Shown one piece after another: positions 1 to 9,005 of a stretch of DNA of 64,000 nt. The stretch comes from an uncultured Verrucomicrobiota bacterium (GTDB lineage Bacteria > Verrucomicrobiota > Kiritimatiellia > CAIKKV01 > CAITUY01): positions 5,873-69,872 of the forward strand of contig CAZTAJ010000001.1 of NCBI GenBank assembly GCA_964611575.1, read 5' to 3'. The stretch's first letter is position 1. The number at the start of each line of letters is the position of its first letter. The translations under genes were made by a program, and so were the position numbers. A model generated the notes under the pieces. That model was given only the letters and a program-made list of their open reading frames with translations, made no database searches and was not told where the DNA came from.

Positions 1-1182
1 TTTGGACGAGGTGCGCAGGCCGATCTGCTTGCCCCAGGCGAGGTTGCCCGTGAACACGTAGCCCTGCCACCCCTGGCAGCTCTTCTTGAAGAAGTCGCCG
101 ATGTGGTGGTACAGGGGCCCCAAGTCCTCGCCCGGGCTCATGCGCTCACCGTATTCCGGGTTCAGGATCAGGATGCCGGGCGTCGGTGGGAGCGGTGTTT
201 CGGCGAAGTCGCACACGTGGAACTCGATGAGCTGTTCGACGCCGGCGGTGCGCGCGTTGCGGCGGGCGGCTTCCACGGCGTCGCGGCGGATGTCCGAGGC
301 GATGATTGCCGCCGGCGGCTTGCGGATCGGCCGGCGCTGGGCCTCAGCCCGCACGTCCCGCCATACGGCCTCGTCGAATCCTTGCAGGTGCCGGAAGGCG
401 AAATCCTGGCGCAGGAGCCCCGGTGGCCGGCCGGTGGCCATCAGGGCGGCCTCGATCGCCAGCGTGCCGCTGCCGCACATGGGATTGACGAAAGGCGTCT
501 CGCCGGTCCAGCCGGTGGCCAGGACCACCGCCGCCGCCAGCGTTTCCTGCATGGGCGCTTCCAGGGGGATCTTGCGGTAGCCGCGCCGCGACAGGGATTC
601 GCCGGACGTATCGAGATAGAGGCGCAGATCGCTGCCGTTCCAGTACACGAACACGACCGCGCCGCTGCGTTCGTTGCCCGAGTTGGGGCGCTTGCCGGTC
701 AACCCGCGGATCCGGTCGACGATGGCGTCCTTGCACCGCACGTTGACAAACCGCGTGTCGCGCATGCTCGGCGTGTTCACGAACGAGGCGACGGTGAAGT
801 AGCCGTCGGGCGGCAGCACGGTTTCCCAGGCGAACGAGCCCGCGAAACGGTAGAGCGACTCGGCGGTCACGGCGTGCTGCCGGCCCAGTTCCAGCAGCAC
901 GCGGTTGCCGGTGCGGAGCAGGAGGTTGAGCCGCATCGCGTCGCGCAGGGCGCCGTCGATTTCGACGCCGGACTCGCGTTCAACCGTGGGGGTGTGACCG
1001 AGGGCGCGCAGTTCGGCAGCCAGGGCGGGTGCCGAGCCCAGCCCGCAGGTAACCAGGATGGGACGCGACGCCGTCAGGTCAAGGGGAGGGGCGGCAGGTG
1101 GGAGGGTGGCAGGTGGGAGGTGCGAGGTGGGAGGGGCGGTGACCGAACTCCGAGGAGGGAGGTGAGAGGAAGAAGGGTGCAT
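1..1182 (-). CDS. THUMP-domain class I SAM-dependent RNA methyltransferase (COG0116 / RlmL-N-like); C-terminus runs off the window start
   Basis: This gene is absent from the ORF track because it has no stop inside the window. My reverse translation reads ...LTASRPILVTCGLGSAPALAAELRALG...YRKIPLEAPMQETLAAAVVLATGW...FVNPMCGSGTLAIEAAL...ILILNPEYGERM...GKQIGLRTSSK. It shows the SAM-binding PMCGSGT motif and an NPPYG-type NPEYGER motif. The farthest in-frame ATG is at 1182. The first ~35 codons are a Pro-rich CCTCC repeat, so the real start may lie nearer 1080. Confidence 0.8.
   Translation of the reverse strand, partial: MHPSSSHLPPRSSVTAPPTSHLPPATLPPAAPPLDLTASRPILVTCGLGSAPALAAELRALGHTPTVERESGVEIDGALRDAMRLNLLLRTGNRVLLELGRQHAVTAESLYRFAGSFAWETVLPPDGYFTVASFVNTPSMRDTRFVNVRCKDAIVDRIRGLTGKRPNSGNERSGAVVFVYWNGSDLRLYLDTSGESLSRRGYRKIPLEAPMQETLAAAVVLATGWTGETPFVNPMCGSGTLAIEAALMATGRPPGLLRQDFAFRHLQGFDEAVWRDVRAEAQRRPIRKPPAAIIASDIRRDAVEAARRNARTAGVEQLIEFHVCDFAETPLPPTPGILILNPEYGERMSPGEDLGPLYHHIGDFFKKSCQGWQGYVFTGNLAWGKQIGLRTSSK
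1093..1134 (+). repeat. G-rich 13-mer repeats GGCAGGTGGGAGG x2 + AGGTGGGAGG
   Basis: Copies at 1093-1105, 1108-1120 and 1125-1134. The sense strand of the minus-strand gene is C-rich (CCTCCCACCTGCC). Confidence 0.85.
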
Positions 1183-1191
1183 GGTGTCTAT

Positions 1192-1234
1192 GGTCTGTAG
1201 TCTGCGGTCTGTAGGCTGTCGTCTACAGCCTGCG
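1192..1234 (+). repeat. 7-8-nt periodic array GGTCTGTA GTCTGCG GTCTGTAG GCTGTC GTCTACA GCCTGCG, containing a 9-bp hairpin
   Basis: Read directly. GTAGGCTGT (1211-1219) pairs with ACAGCCTGC (1225-1233). It sits between the stop of the nitrilase-family gene and the start of the methyltransferase gene. Confidence 0.75.
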
Positions 1235-2029
1235 GTGACTCAATGCCGGGATGCGTTGTCGGGTCTGGTTGAGATCGTGAAGATCGAGCGTCAGGGTGAC
1301 AGTCTGTTCGCCCTCTTCGATGTCGGCGAGCACGTCGCCCCAGGGTCCGACCACCATGCTATGACCGTGGCTTTCCACCCCCGTGTGAGGGTTCGTGCCG
1401 CACTGGTCGGGCGCCACCACGAAGCACTGGTTTTCGATCGCACGGGCGCGCAGAAGCACGTTCCAGTGATCCTTACCGGTACGCTGGGTGAAATTCGACG
1501 GTATGAAGAGCAGGTGTGCGCCCTGGGCGGAATACCGGCGGAACAGTTCGGGGAACCGCAGGTCGTAGCAGATGGCCAATCCGCAGCGCCAGCCTTCCAG
1601 GTCCGCCATGACCGGATCGTTCCCGGCGGCGTAAGTCTCGCTTTCGCGGATCACCTGCCCGTTGTCCAGTTCCGCTTCGAAGAGATGGATCTTGCGGTAG
1701 GAGGCCATGACATCGCCGCGCCGGTTCAGCAGCAGGCTGGTGTTGTAGAAGAGGGCCTGGCCGGCATTCTCGATGATGCTGCCGGCCAGCACCCAGGCAT
1801 TGTGCCGGTGCGCGATCGACGCCAGGAATTCGGTCAGCGGTCCGGCCACGGGCTCGGCGCTGCCGCGGTAGTCCTGGTGGCTGCCGCGGATGGCGAACAC
1901 TTCGGGCAGTGCGATGACATCCGTCGCACCGATGCCCGACAGCAGGTGCTTCAGGCGGCCCAGGTTCGCTTGCACATCCTGGCCCGCGTTGGTCTGCACC
2001 AGGGTCACTCGCAGTCGTGTGGTTGCCAT
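1223..2029 (-). CDS. carbon-nitrogen hydrolase (nitrilase superfamily, omega-amidase/YafV-like)
   Basis: 268-aa ORF. Nitrilase-superfamily triad contexts are present: LPEVF (Glu), YRKIHLF (Lys) and GLAICYDLRFPE (Cys). Confidence 0.9.
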   Translation of the reverse strand: MATTRLRVTLVQTNAGQDVQANLGRLKHLLSGIGATDVIALPEVFAIRGSHQDYRGSAEPVAGPLTEFLASIAHRHNAWVLAGSIIENAGQALFYNTSLLLNRRGDVMASYRKIHLFEAELDNGQVIRESETYAAGNDPVMADLEGWRCGLAICYDLRFPELFRRYSAQGAHLLFIPSNFTQRTGKDHWNVLLRARAIENQCFVVAPDQCGTNPHTGVESHGHSMVVGPWGDVLADIEEGEQTVTLTLDLHDLNQTRQRIPALSHRRL

Positions 2030-2077
2030 GTCCAGTATCCCCGTCTCCCCGGATTGTCCAGCATGTTCCCCTACAGC

Positions 2078-2938
2078 CTAAACTGCGTCAGCCTCAAAGA
2101 TCACGGCGCTGTAACCGACGACCCACTGACCGCGGCTTTCAGGGTGATCATCCCCGCTGTTCCGATAGCGCAGCACCGTGCCCTGGGTGCAGCCCTGCTG
2201 CTGCGCAAACCGCATGACGGCTGCCACCGGGCCGATCCCGCAGAACACCTGCTCGGTATGGTCCCACGTGAGCAGCACCCCGTTGGTATCCATGGCGGCC
2301 ACTCGTTTCAGCGTGGCCTGGTCCGTCCGGCGCACCCGGTCGTAGTCCGGATCATGCAGCATATCAGACGAGGCGATCGCGAGCACCTTTTTCCGTTGGG
2401 CGAGCCGGCCCAGGGCGGCGACCAGCACGTCGATGAGCGCCGGGTCGTTGGCGCCGATGAGCGCCAGCACGAGCGGTATGCCGGGGAGGGCGTGCTGGAC
2501 GAACGGCACCTGGTTTTCGGCCGAGTGCTCGCCGACATGCGGCCGGTAATCGATCATGATGCGCGGGTCGGCGGCGGCCAGGAAGCGCGCCGACTCCGTG
2601 TCCAGCGGCGCAGGTCCGAGCGGGGTTGCGAAGGCGGTGCTATCCATCAGCGCGATGCCGCGGAAGCCGCCGCGGTGATTGAAGCCCAGGATGACGACCG
2701 TCTCCGGGGCACCGTGTGTGGCGGCGTTGTCGAGGATGGCCCGGTAGGCATAGCCGGCCACGGGGCCGGAATAGATGTAGCCGGCATGCGGTGCGATGGC
2801 GCCCACGATGCGGTTCCGGGTCGCCGGCACTTCGGCTTGCGCGATGAAGCCGGACACCAGGCGCTCCAGTTCCTGCCGATTCCCTGGGAACCATTTTCCT
2901 GCCCCCAGGGCGCTCCGAACGATACGCGGTTCAGGCAT
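2078..2938 (-). CDS. MEMO1 / AmmeMemoRadiSam system protein B family
   Basis: The tracked ORF is 2078..3175. Conserved sequence begins at the internal Met at 2938 (MPEPRIVRSALGAGKWFPG...IAPHAGYIYSGPVAGYAY...HSAENQVPF...SSDMLH). The upstream 79 codons are Pro/Arg-rich and overlap the 3' end of the AraC gene. Confidence 0.85.
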   Translation of the reverse strand: MPEPRIVRSALGAGKWFPGNRQELERLVSGFIAQAEVPATRNRIVGAIAPHAGYIYSGPVAGYAYRAILDNAATHGAPETVVILGFNHRGGFRGIALMDSTAFATPLGPAPLDTESARFLAAADPRIMIDYRPHVGEHSAENQVPFVQHALPGIPLVLALIGANDPALIDVLVAALGRLAQRKKVLAIASSDMLHDPDYDRVRRTDQATLKRVAAMDTNGVLLTWDHTEQVFCGIGPVAAVMRFAQQQGCTQGTVLRYRNSGDDHPESRGQWVVGYSAVIFEADAV

Positions 2939-3041
2939 GTTTTTCCTCCTTGCGGCATGCTCACGCCCCAACAGCGTCAGTGTAGCGTCACCCGGGGGCA
3001 GCGGCAACGGGGAAGTGGGGCCCTGTGGGCGATGGCGAGGA

Positions 3042-3815
3042 TCAGGACGAGCGGGTCGCCATTTCACGCCGGTGGCGTTCGCGGTAGGCGGTAGGGGTTT
3101 CGCCCGTGTGCTTCTTGAAGAGGCGGCAGAAGTAGTAGGCATTGTCGAATCCGGCCTGACGGGCCGCTTCGGCAACCGTCAGCGTGGTCATGCCCAGCAA
3201 CTCGCGCGCGGCCTCCAGGCGGCGGCGGATGAGGTAATGCAGCGGCGATTCGCCCAGGGTTTCGCGGAAGAGCTGACGCAGGTAATCGGGGTTGATGAAG
3301 AGGGTCTCCGCCACCTCCCGGATGCTGAGCGGCGCCGTGAACTGGGTGTCGAGAATCCGTTTGGCCGCCTGCACATGGTAGGGGAGCGGATCGGCGACGG
3401 GGGCGGGCGCGAGAAAGAGGCGTCGCAACTCCAGCGCCAGCCAGCCGGCGAGAACATCCAGCCGGGTCTCCCGGTCGTCCCCGCCGCAGTTCAGTTCACC
3501 CCGGATCGTTTCCGCCAGTTGCCGCAAGTCCGGGGGCGTCGGCCATACGCCGCAGGGCACGGTTTCCACCCCGCAGCCCTTGATGCCGACGCAGAGGTGT
3601 GTGCCCGGGGTTTCCGTATCATCGGCATGCTCCAGCCCCGGCTGGTACACCGCCACATCGCCGTCGCCATAGCGGTGGCGATGGCCGCCCTGGGACAGCC
3701 AACCGGTGCAATGCCGGTAGAAGATGATTTCGGTGCAGGCGTGCGAATGCCAGGCGCAGTGGTTGGGCCCTGCCCACTGTTGCTCGATCGCGAACAGACA
3801 CTTGACGTTTGCCAT
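3042..3815 (-). CDS. AraC-family transcriptional regulator with N-terminal cupin-like sensor
   Basis: C-terminal AraC HTH (LSIREVAETLFINPDYLRQLFRE...AGFDNAYYFCRLFKKHTGETPTAYR). I prefer the start at MANVK (3815) over 3863. The gene is divergent from the operon at 3933. Confidence 0.85.
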   Translation of the reverse strand: MANVKCLFAIEQQWAGPNHCAWHSHACTEIIFYRHCTGWLSQGGHRHRYGDGDVAVYQPGLEHADDTETPGTHLCVGIKGCGVETVPCGVWPTPPDLRQLAETIRGELNCGGDDRETRLDVLAGWLALELRRLFLAPAPVADPLPYHVQAAKRILDTQFTAPLSIREVAETLFINPDYLRQLFRETLGESPLHYLIRRRLEAARELLGMTTLTVAEAARQAGFDNAYYFCRLFKKHTGETPTAYRERHRREMATRSS

Positions 3816-3932
3816 GGCAATCCGACTCCGTTTTGTGCAACGCCTTTCTGCGTTTTTGTGCATTCCACCCGGGGCGACCGGATGGCATAGTCAGCACCCT
3901 GGAAACAGTGGCAGGAACCGGGGAGTGGATCA

Positions 3933-5030
3933 ATGACTTTGCGCGAACGATTCGAGACCGTGTTCAGGGGCGGGACGCCCGACGCCATGGCGTTCTACGG
4001 CGACATGACATACTGGTACGCGGCGCACAGCGAGATCGGCGATTTACCAGAGGCCTGGCGCGGCCCGCGCGGGATCGGGCAGTTGCATCGCGACCTCGGG
4101 GTTGGCGAGTATGTGCCGGGCTGCTGCGCCTACGCGATGAGCGAAGGGGCGCAGGTGCGGGTGGAGAGGCGCCGGGAGAGCGGCGTGCAGACGATCGAAT
4201 GGCACACGCCGGTCGGTTCGCTGCGGCAGTGCCAGGAATATTCCGAGCCCTCCTTTTCGTGGGGCTATACCGAACACGCCGTCAAGACGGCGGGCGACTT
4301 GAAGATTCTCCGGTATATCATGGAGCAGCGCCGCTACCGGCCCACCCCCGAAGCCATCGTCAAGATCGAGAAGGACTACGGCGATTTCGGTGTCGCCGTC
4401 GTCGCCGTGCTGGGCTCGCCCATCACCGAGTTGAACAAGACGTGGATGGGCGTCATGGAGATGTGTTATCTGCTGGCGGACGAGCCGGTGGAGGTGAGGA
4501 AAACCCTGGAGGCGATCGGCGAGAGCCAGGACCGTCTCTACGCCATCACCGAACAATGCGCCTGCCCGTATGTCATGATCTGCGAGAATCTTTCCGCCGA
4601 AAGCATGGGCGGGTACATGGACGAGTATATCGTCCCCTATCTCTCGCGGCGTATGGCGGGGCTGCATGCCCACGGCAAGAAGGCCTTGCTCCACAATGAC
4701 GGCACGCTGCGCGGGACGCTGGAGAAGTTGGCCGCCTGCGGCGTGGACGGTGTGGATTCGGTCGTGCCCCAGCCGGTGGGCGACGTGGCCGTGGCCGACC
4801 TGCGGGCGTTGGCGGGGGAGGATATTCTGCTTCTTGGCGGGCTGCCCGGCGCCATGTTTGCTCCACCCTTCACGGCGCGCGACATCGAGAAGCATGTCCG
4901 GGAAATCATCCGGATCCACAAGGATTCCGGTAAATTCATGTTCGGCGTGGCCGACCAGGTTCCGCCGAACGGCGACCTGGCTTTGGTGCGATTGGTGTCC
5001 GATTTGATCGAGGAATATGGGCGGTATTGA
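3933..5030 (+). CDS. uroporphyrinogen decarboxylase (URO-D/MtaA-like) family protein
   Basis: 365-aa ORF. The overall pattern resembles the URO-D-like TIM-barrel family (..LHNDGTLRG..GVDGVDSVVPQP..LLGGLPG..). It is the first gene of the AraC-divergent operon. The family call is from resemblance only. Confidence 0.7.
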   Translation: MTLRERFETVFRGGTPDAMAFYGDMTYWYAAHSEIGDLPEAWRGPRGIGQLHRDLGVGEYVPGCCAYAMSEGAQVRVERRRESGVQTIEWHTPVGSLRQCQEYSEPSFSWGYTEHAVKTAGDLKILRYIMEQRRYRPTPEAIVKIEKDYGDFGVAVVAVLGSPITELNKTWMGVMEMCYLLADEPVEVRKTLEAIGESQDRLYAITEQCACPYVMICENLSAESMGGYMDEYIVPYLSRRMAGLHAHGKKALLHNDGTLRGTLEKLAACGVDGVDSVVPQPVGDVAVADLRALAGEDILLLGGLPGAMFAPPFTARDIEKHVREIIRIHKDSGKFMFGVADQVPPNGDLALVRLVSDLIEEYGRY

Positions 5031-5048
5031 TTGACAAGGAGACGTGCC

Positions 5049-6110
5049 GTGGAAAGAAACATAAAAGCCATTGTCTTTACCAATCCGAATGAGGTGAAAG
5101 TCCAGTCGGTGAAACTGCCGGCCTGCGGCCCGAAGGAAGTGGTGTGCGAGACCCTCTACAGCTTCGTTTCGCCGGGCACGGAGTTGCGGGTGCTGAGCGG
5201 GGTGGCCGAGTCCAAAGGCAAGTTCCCGTTGATTCCCGGCTATTCCTGGGTCGGGCGGGTGATCGAGGTGGGGACCGAACTGAAGGGATGGAAGGAAGGC
5301 GAACTGGTGACCGGCCGCAATCCGATCCGCGTCCCGGATATGGGGTTCCTGTGGGGCGGGCAGGCCAGCCACCACCGGGCGGAAGTGACGGGCTATGACA
5401 GCGTGCTCAAACTTCCGGCAGGCGCCAAGCCCTGGGATTACATCGCCACGGAAGTCTCCGCCATCGCCTGGCGCGGAGTCAGCATGGCCTATCCGGCTCC
5501 CGGCGAAACGGCCGTCGTCATCGGCCAGGGGCTGATTGGGGCCTTCAATGCGCTCTGGCTGTTGCACCATGGAGCCCGCGTGATCGTGGTTGACCTGCTG
5601 GAATCGCGACTCGCCCGCGCCCTGAAGTGGGGGGCGGCGGCCGCCGTCAATCCGAAGGATGGCGACGCGCGGGAACAGATCCTGGCGTTGGCGCCCGGCG
5701 GCGCCGACATCGTGATCGAGTCTTCAAGCAGCAAGCCGGGCGTCGAACTGGCCAATCAGATCCTGCGCCAGCCGACGCCGCGCGTCATGAACACCGATTA
5801 TCCGGTCGCCGCCTTGCACGGGAACGCCCACTTCTGGCCGCGCCTGGTCTATCAAGCCAACTACACGTACTCCCACGAAGTCCGGCCGGGCGGGCTGACC
5901 GGCGGCGAAGGGGTGCTGGTCATGAAACCGGGGGACCGGACGGTCGGCGATCGGCTCCAGGTGTTGGACCTGATCCGGCGCGGGAAACTGCCTATCGAAG
6001 ACATCGTGAAGAAGCCAACCCCGGTCGAGGAAGCGCCGGAAGCCTACTTCAAACTCCGGGACAACCCGGACAAGGTCAATACCATCGTCTATCAGTGGCG
6101 GAAGAGCTGA
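5049..6110 (+). CDS. medium-chain (zinc-type) alcohol/polyol dehydrogenase family protein
   Basis: Nucleotide-binding motif AVVIGQGLIGAF and an MDR-like N-terminal domain. I prefer the GTG start at 5049, preceded by AAGGAGA (5036-5042), over the tracked TTG at 5031. Confidence 0.75.
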   Translation: MERNIKAIVFTNPNEVKVQSVKLPACGPKEVVCETLYSFVSPGTELRVLSGVAESKGKFPLIPGYSWVGRVIEVGTELKGWKEGELVTGRNPIRVPDMGFLWGGQASHHRAEVTGYDSVLKLPAGAKPWDYIATEVSAIAWRGVSMAYPAPGETAVVIGQGLIGAFNALWLLHHGARVIVVDLLESRLARALKWGAAAAVNPKDGDAREQILALAPGGADIVIESSSSKPGVELANQILRQPTPRVMNTDYPVAALHGNAHFWPRLVYQANYTYSHEVRPGGLTGGEGVLVMKPGDRTVGDRLQVLDLIRRGKLPIEDIVKKPTPVEEAPEAYFKLRDNPDKVNTIVYQWRKS

Positions 6111-6135
6111 AGTCAGCGATTGAAAGGAAATCGTT

Positions 6136-7185
6136 ATGTTACGTTGTGCGATTATCGGCTGTGGCGCATCAACCAAGGGCAAAGGCGGCGCGCATTCGAT
6201 CGCCTACGCCCATGCGTGGGCGATGCAGCGGGTCCCGGAGACCAAACTTGTGGCGGCGGCCAGCCGCACGCCCAAGAACGTGGACGATTTCGTGGCGGAG
6301 TTTCCCGGCACCAAGGGGTATCGGGACTATTGCGAGATGCTGGCCGCGGAAAAACCCGAACTCGTGAGCGTGTGCGCGTTCCCGCCGGATCGCGAAGCCA
6401 TGGTGGGGGAAGCCATCCGCAATGGGGCCAAGGCGGTCTGGATCGAGAAACCGTTCGCGTTGGGACTCGGGCCGGCCAAACGCATGATGGCCGCCGCCGC
6501 GAAGACCGGCTGCCGGCTTTTCGTCAATCACCAGCGGCGGTACGGTCGTCCCTTCGAGTGGTGGCGCGACGCGGTCCTCGATCGGAAGATCGGGGTGTTG
6601 GAAGGCATCGACATTGCCCAGCCGTTCGACAACTTCATGAACTTCGGCCCGCACCTGGTGGATGCGGCGTTGTTTGCCATGGGACCGGATCGGAAGGCCA
6701 CGGAGGTCATCGCCGCCGTGGATGTGACGGATGTCAAGGAGTCCCAGGGCGTCAAGACCGAGGCGCAATTGGCGGGCAGCGTGCATTTCAACGATGGGGT
6801 CCGCCTGTCGGTCGAAGTCGGCCGCAAGGCCTGCAAGGGCGTGCCGCTGCTGCGTGCCAATGGAACGCAAGGGTTTGCCGAGTTACGCCTCGACCCGATG
6901 CCCGGGGAAGGGAGCGTGTTCCGGGCGGTCTATGCCGGTTCGGCGGACATTTTCAGCCCGGCGACCAACGAGCATTTCCATCACAGTGAGGACGGCACGC
7001 TGTATGTGCACCGGGCATTGCTCGATATCGTCCAGGCGCTCCGCACCGGGTCTGCGACCCGCATTGACGCGGCCGAGGCCTACCGGGGGCTTGAGATCAT
7101 CATGGGACTCTACGAATCCGCCCGCGTGAGGACGATGCTGGAATTTCCCATCACGCAGGAGGCGTTCCCGCTGGAATGCGGTTGA
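6136..7185 (+). CDS. Gfo/Idh/MocA family oxidoreductase
   Basis: N-terminal Rossmann motif MLRCAIIGCGA and the EKP motif (AVWIEKPFAL). Confidence 0.85.
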   Translation: MLRCAIIGCGASTKGKGGAHSIAYAHAWAMQRVPETKLVAAASRTPKNVDDFVAEFPGTKGYRDYCEMLAAEKPELVSVCAFPPDREAMVGEAIRNGAKAVWIEKPFALGLGPAKRMMAAAAKTGCRLFVNHQRRYGRPFEWWRDAVLDRKIGVLEGIDIAQPFDNFMNFGPHLVDAALFAMGPDRKATEVIAAVDVTDVKESQGVKTEAQLAGSVHFNDGVRLSVEVGRKACKGVPLLRANGTQGFAELRLDPMPGEGSVFRAVYAGSADIFSPATNEHFHHSEDGTLYVHRALLDIVQALRTGSATRIDAAEAYRGLEIIMGLYESARVRTMLEFPITQEAFPLECG

Positions 7186-7488
7186 AGGCGGGGTCGTCAA
7201 GGCGCTGGCCCGCGAGGTCGGCCGCAAGAATTTCCTGTGTGCGGAAGAACACCTCTATATCCATGGCAGGTGATCGGTGTTAAACGGTCCGAACTCTCGT
7301 TCGCCAGCCACAGCCGCGTGTGTTTCGACCTGTAACAGAAGGTCGGCCAGTATAACTTGATTGGCAAGCTGCCGCTGCGTAATCTGTTGACCGCTGGCCA
7401 GAGTTCGCTCCTGCCGGGCGTGGCGGCGGCGGATGCCCTGGTGGACGCGGGACTGGATGCCGTCTTGGCGTCCTCCCGGGAACGCCAA

Positions 7489-7504
7489 GGCTGAAGGCTG
7501 AAGG
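7489..7504 (+). repeat. heptanucleotide tandem (GGCTGAA)x2+GG
   Basis: Read directly: aaGGCTGAAGGCTGAAGGag, inside the unassigned 7186-7712 region. Confidence 0.8.
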
Positions 7505-7712
7505 AGATGGATTGTCAATGCCTCCGACCAGGAAGGGTAGGGCGAGGGCCTCTGGCCCCGCCGTGACACAGGAACGCAGTACGCGCGTGTCGGTTCCGGC
7601 GCGGCGGGGACGCCGCTGTCCTGCCGGGACGGGCGACGTTTCCACGGCGCATCCCGTAGCGGGACTGCCTGACCGTCTACAGCCTCCAGCCGATCAACCT
7701 GCCTCCTGGGGG

Positions 7713-9005
7713 ATGCGGCGGCCCACGCTCGAATTCGAGTCGCCGGAGACCATGCGTCGGGTGCAGGCGGAGGAACTGGCGCGGCACCTGGCCCGGTGCG
7801 CACGTCACTCGCCGTACTATCGACGGCTGTTCAAGGAGGCGGGCGTGAAGCCCGGCCGGATCGGGCTGGAAACCCTGGGCGAAGTGCCTGTGACGACCAA
7901 GGACGATTTCGCGCGCCACAACGCGGACTTCCTGGCCGTGCCGCCGGAGGCGGTGGTCGACATTGTGCTGTCGTCGGGCACCACCGGCAGGCCGGTCCAG
8001 GTGATGTATACGGAACGGGACCTGCAGCGGCTCGCGTACAATGAGGAAATTTCCTTTGCGTCCTGTGGACTGGGGGCCTCCGACATCGTCCTGCTGACCT
8101 GCACCATCGACCGCTGTTTCGTGGCGGGCCTGGCCTACTTCCTGGGCGTGCGCGCGGTGGGCGCCGCCGCGGTGCGCAACGGGCACGGCACGCTGGCCAG
8201 CCATCTGGAAATCATCAAATCCATCCGGCCGACAGCGCTGGTGGGGGTTCCCTCGTTTCTCAGGAAGCTGGCGCTGTTTATGGAAGGGCAGGGGGTGGCG
8301 GCGGCCACGACGTCGGTGCGCAAGCTCGTTTGCATCGGCGAGCCGGTCCGGGGACCGGGGTTGGCCGAACTCAAACTGGGCCGCGACCTGCGCACGCTTT
8401 GGAACGCGGACGTTCATTCCACCTATGCCTCGTCGGAGTGCATCACCTCCTTCTGCGAATGCACAGCGCAGCAGGGGGGGCATCTCCACCCGGACCTGGC
8501 GATCCTGGAATTGCTGGACGACAAGGGTCGCCCGGTGCCGCCGGGCACGCCCGGCGAAGTGGTGTTGACTCCCCTGGGCATCGAGGGCATGCCGCTGGTC
8601 CGGTTCAAAACCGGGGATGTGAGTGTGTTGATCCCAGAGCCCTGCCGGTGCGGACGGCAGTCGCCGCGGCTGGGGCCGATTCTCGGGCGCAAACAACAGA
8701 TGATGAAAGTCCGCGGCACCACGCTGTATCCGCAGGCCGTGTTTGCCGCCCTGGATGAGATACCCCAAGTGGGCGAGTACTATCTCGAAATCGTCAGCGA
8801 CGGAGGTCTCTCCGACACGCTCGTGGTGCATCTCGGCGCCCACGCGGCGCTGCCGCCGCAGGAGCGGATCAAGGAACAGCTTCAAGCCCGTCTGCGGGTG
8901 ACGCCCGTCATCGCGATTGACCCTGAGGATGAGGTGCGGCATTGTGTCTACACCCCGCAGTCAAGGAAACCCGTGCGGGTGTTTGACAGGAGACCGTCGT
9001 TGTGA
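7713..9005 (+). CDS. adenylate-forming ligase, phenylacetate-CoA ligase / F390-synthetase family (COG1541-like)
   Basis: Motifs SSGTTGRP, STYASSE and FKTGD. Conserved sequence starts at MRRPTLEF (7713). The 67 upstream codons of the tracked ORF (from 7512) are Arg/Pro-rich. Confidence 0.8.
   Translation: MRRPTLEFESPETMRRVQAEELARHLARCARHSPYYRRLFKEAGVKPGRIGLETLGEVPVTTKDDFARHNADFLAVPPEAVVDIVLSSGTTGRPVQVMYTERDLQRLAYNEEISFASCGLGASDIVLLTCTIDRCFVAGLAYFLGVRAVGAAAVRNGHGTLASHLEIIKSIRPTALVGVPSFLRKLALFMEGQGVAAATTSVRKLVCIGEPVRGPGLAELKLGRDLRTLWNADVHSTYASSECITSFCECTAQQGGHLHPDLAILELLDDKGRPVPPGTPGEVVLTPLGIEGMPLVRFKTGDVSVLIPEPCRCGRQSPRLGPILGRKQQMMKVRGTTLYPQAVFAALDEIPQVGEYYLEIVSDGGLSDTLVVHLGAHAALPPQERIKEQLQARLRVTPVIAIDPEDEVRHCVYTPQSRKPVRVFDRRPSL

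Noticed and set aside
103-1200. 365-aa plus-strand ORF, and similarly long ORFs such as 1181..3094(+), 4044..5570(-), 8948..10333(-), 10597..12174(-), 23704..25026(+), 29797..31491(-), 32694..33989(-), 50700..52847(-) and 53688..55436(-).
   Set aside because: All lie antisense to, or out of frame with, genes that have clear family motifs. Their translations are Arg/Gly/Pro/His-rich low-complexity strings, typical of shadow ORFs in high-GC DNA.
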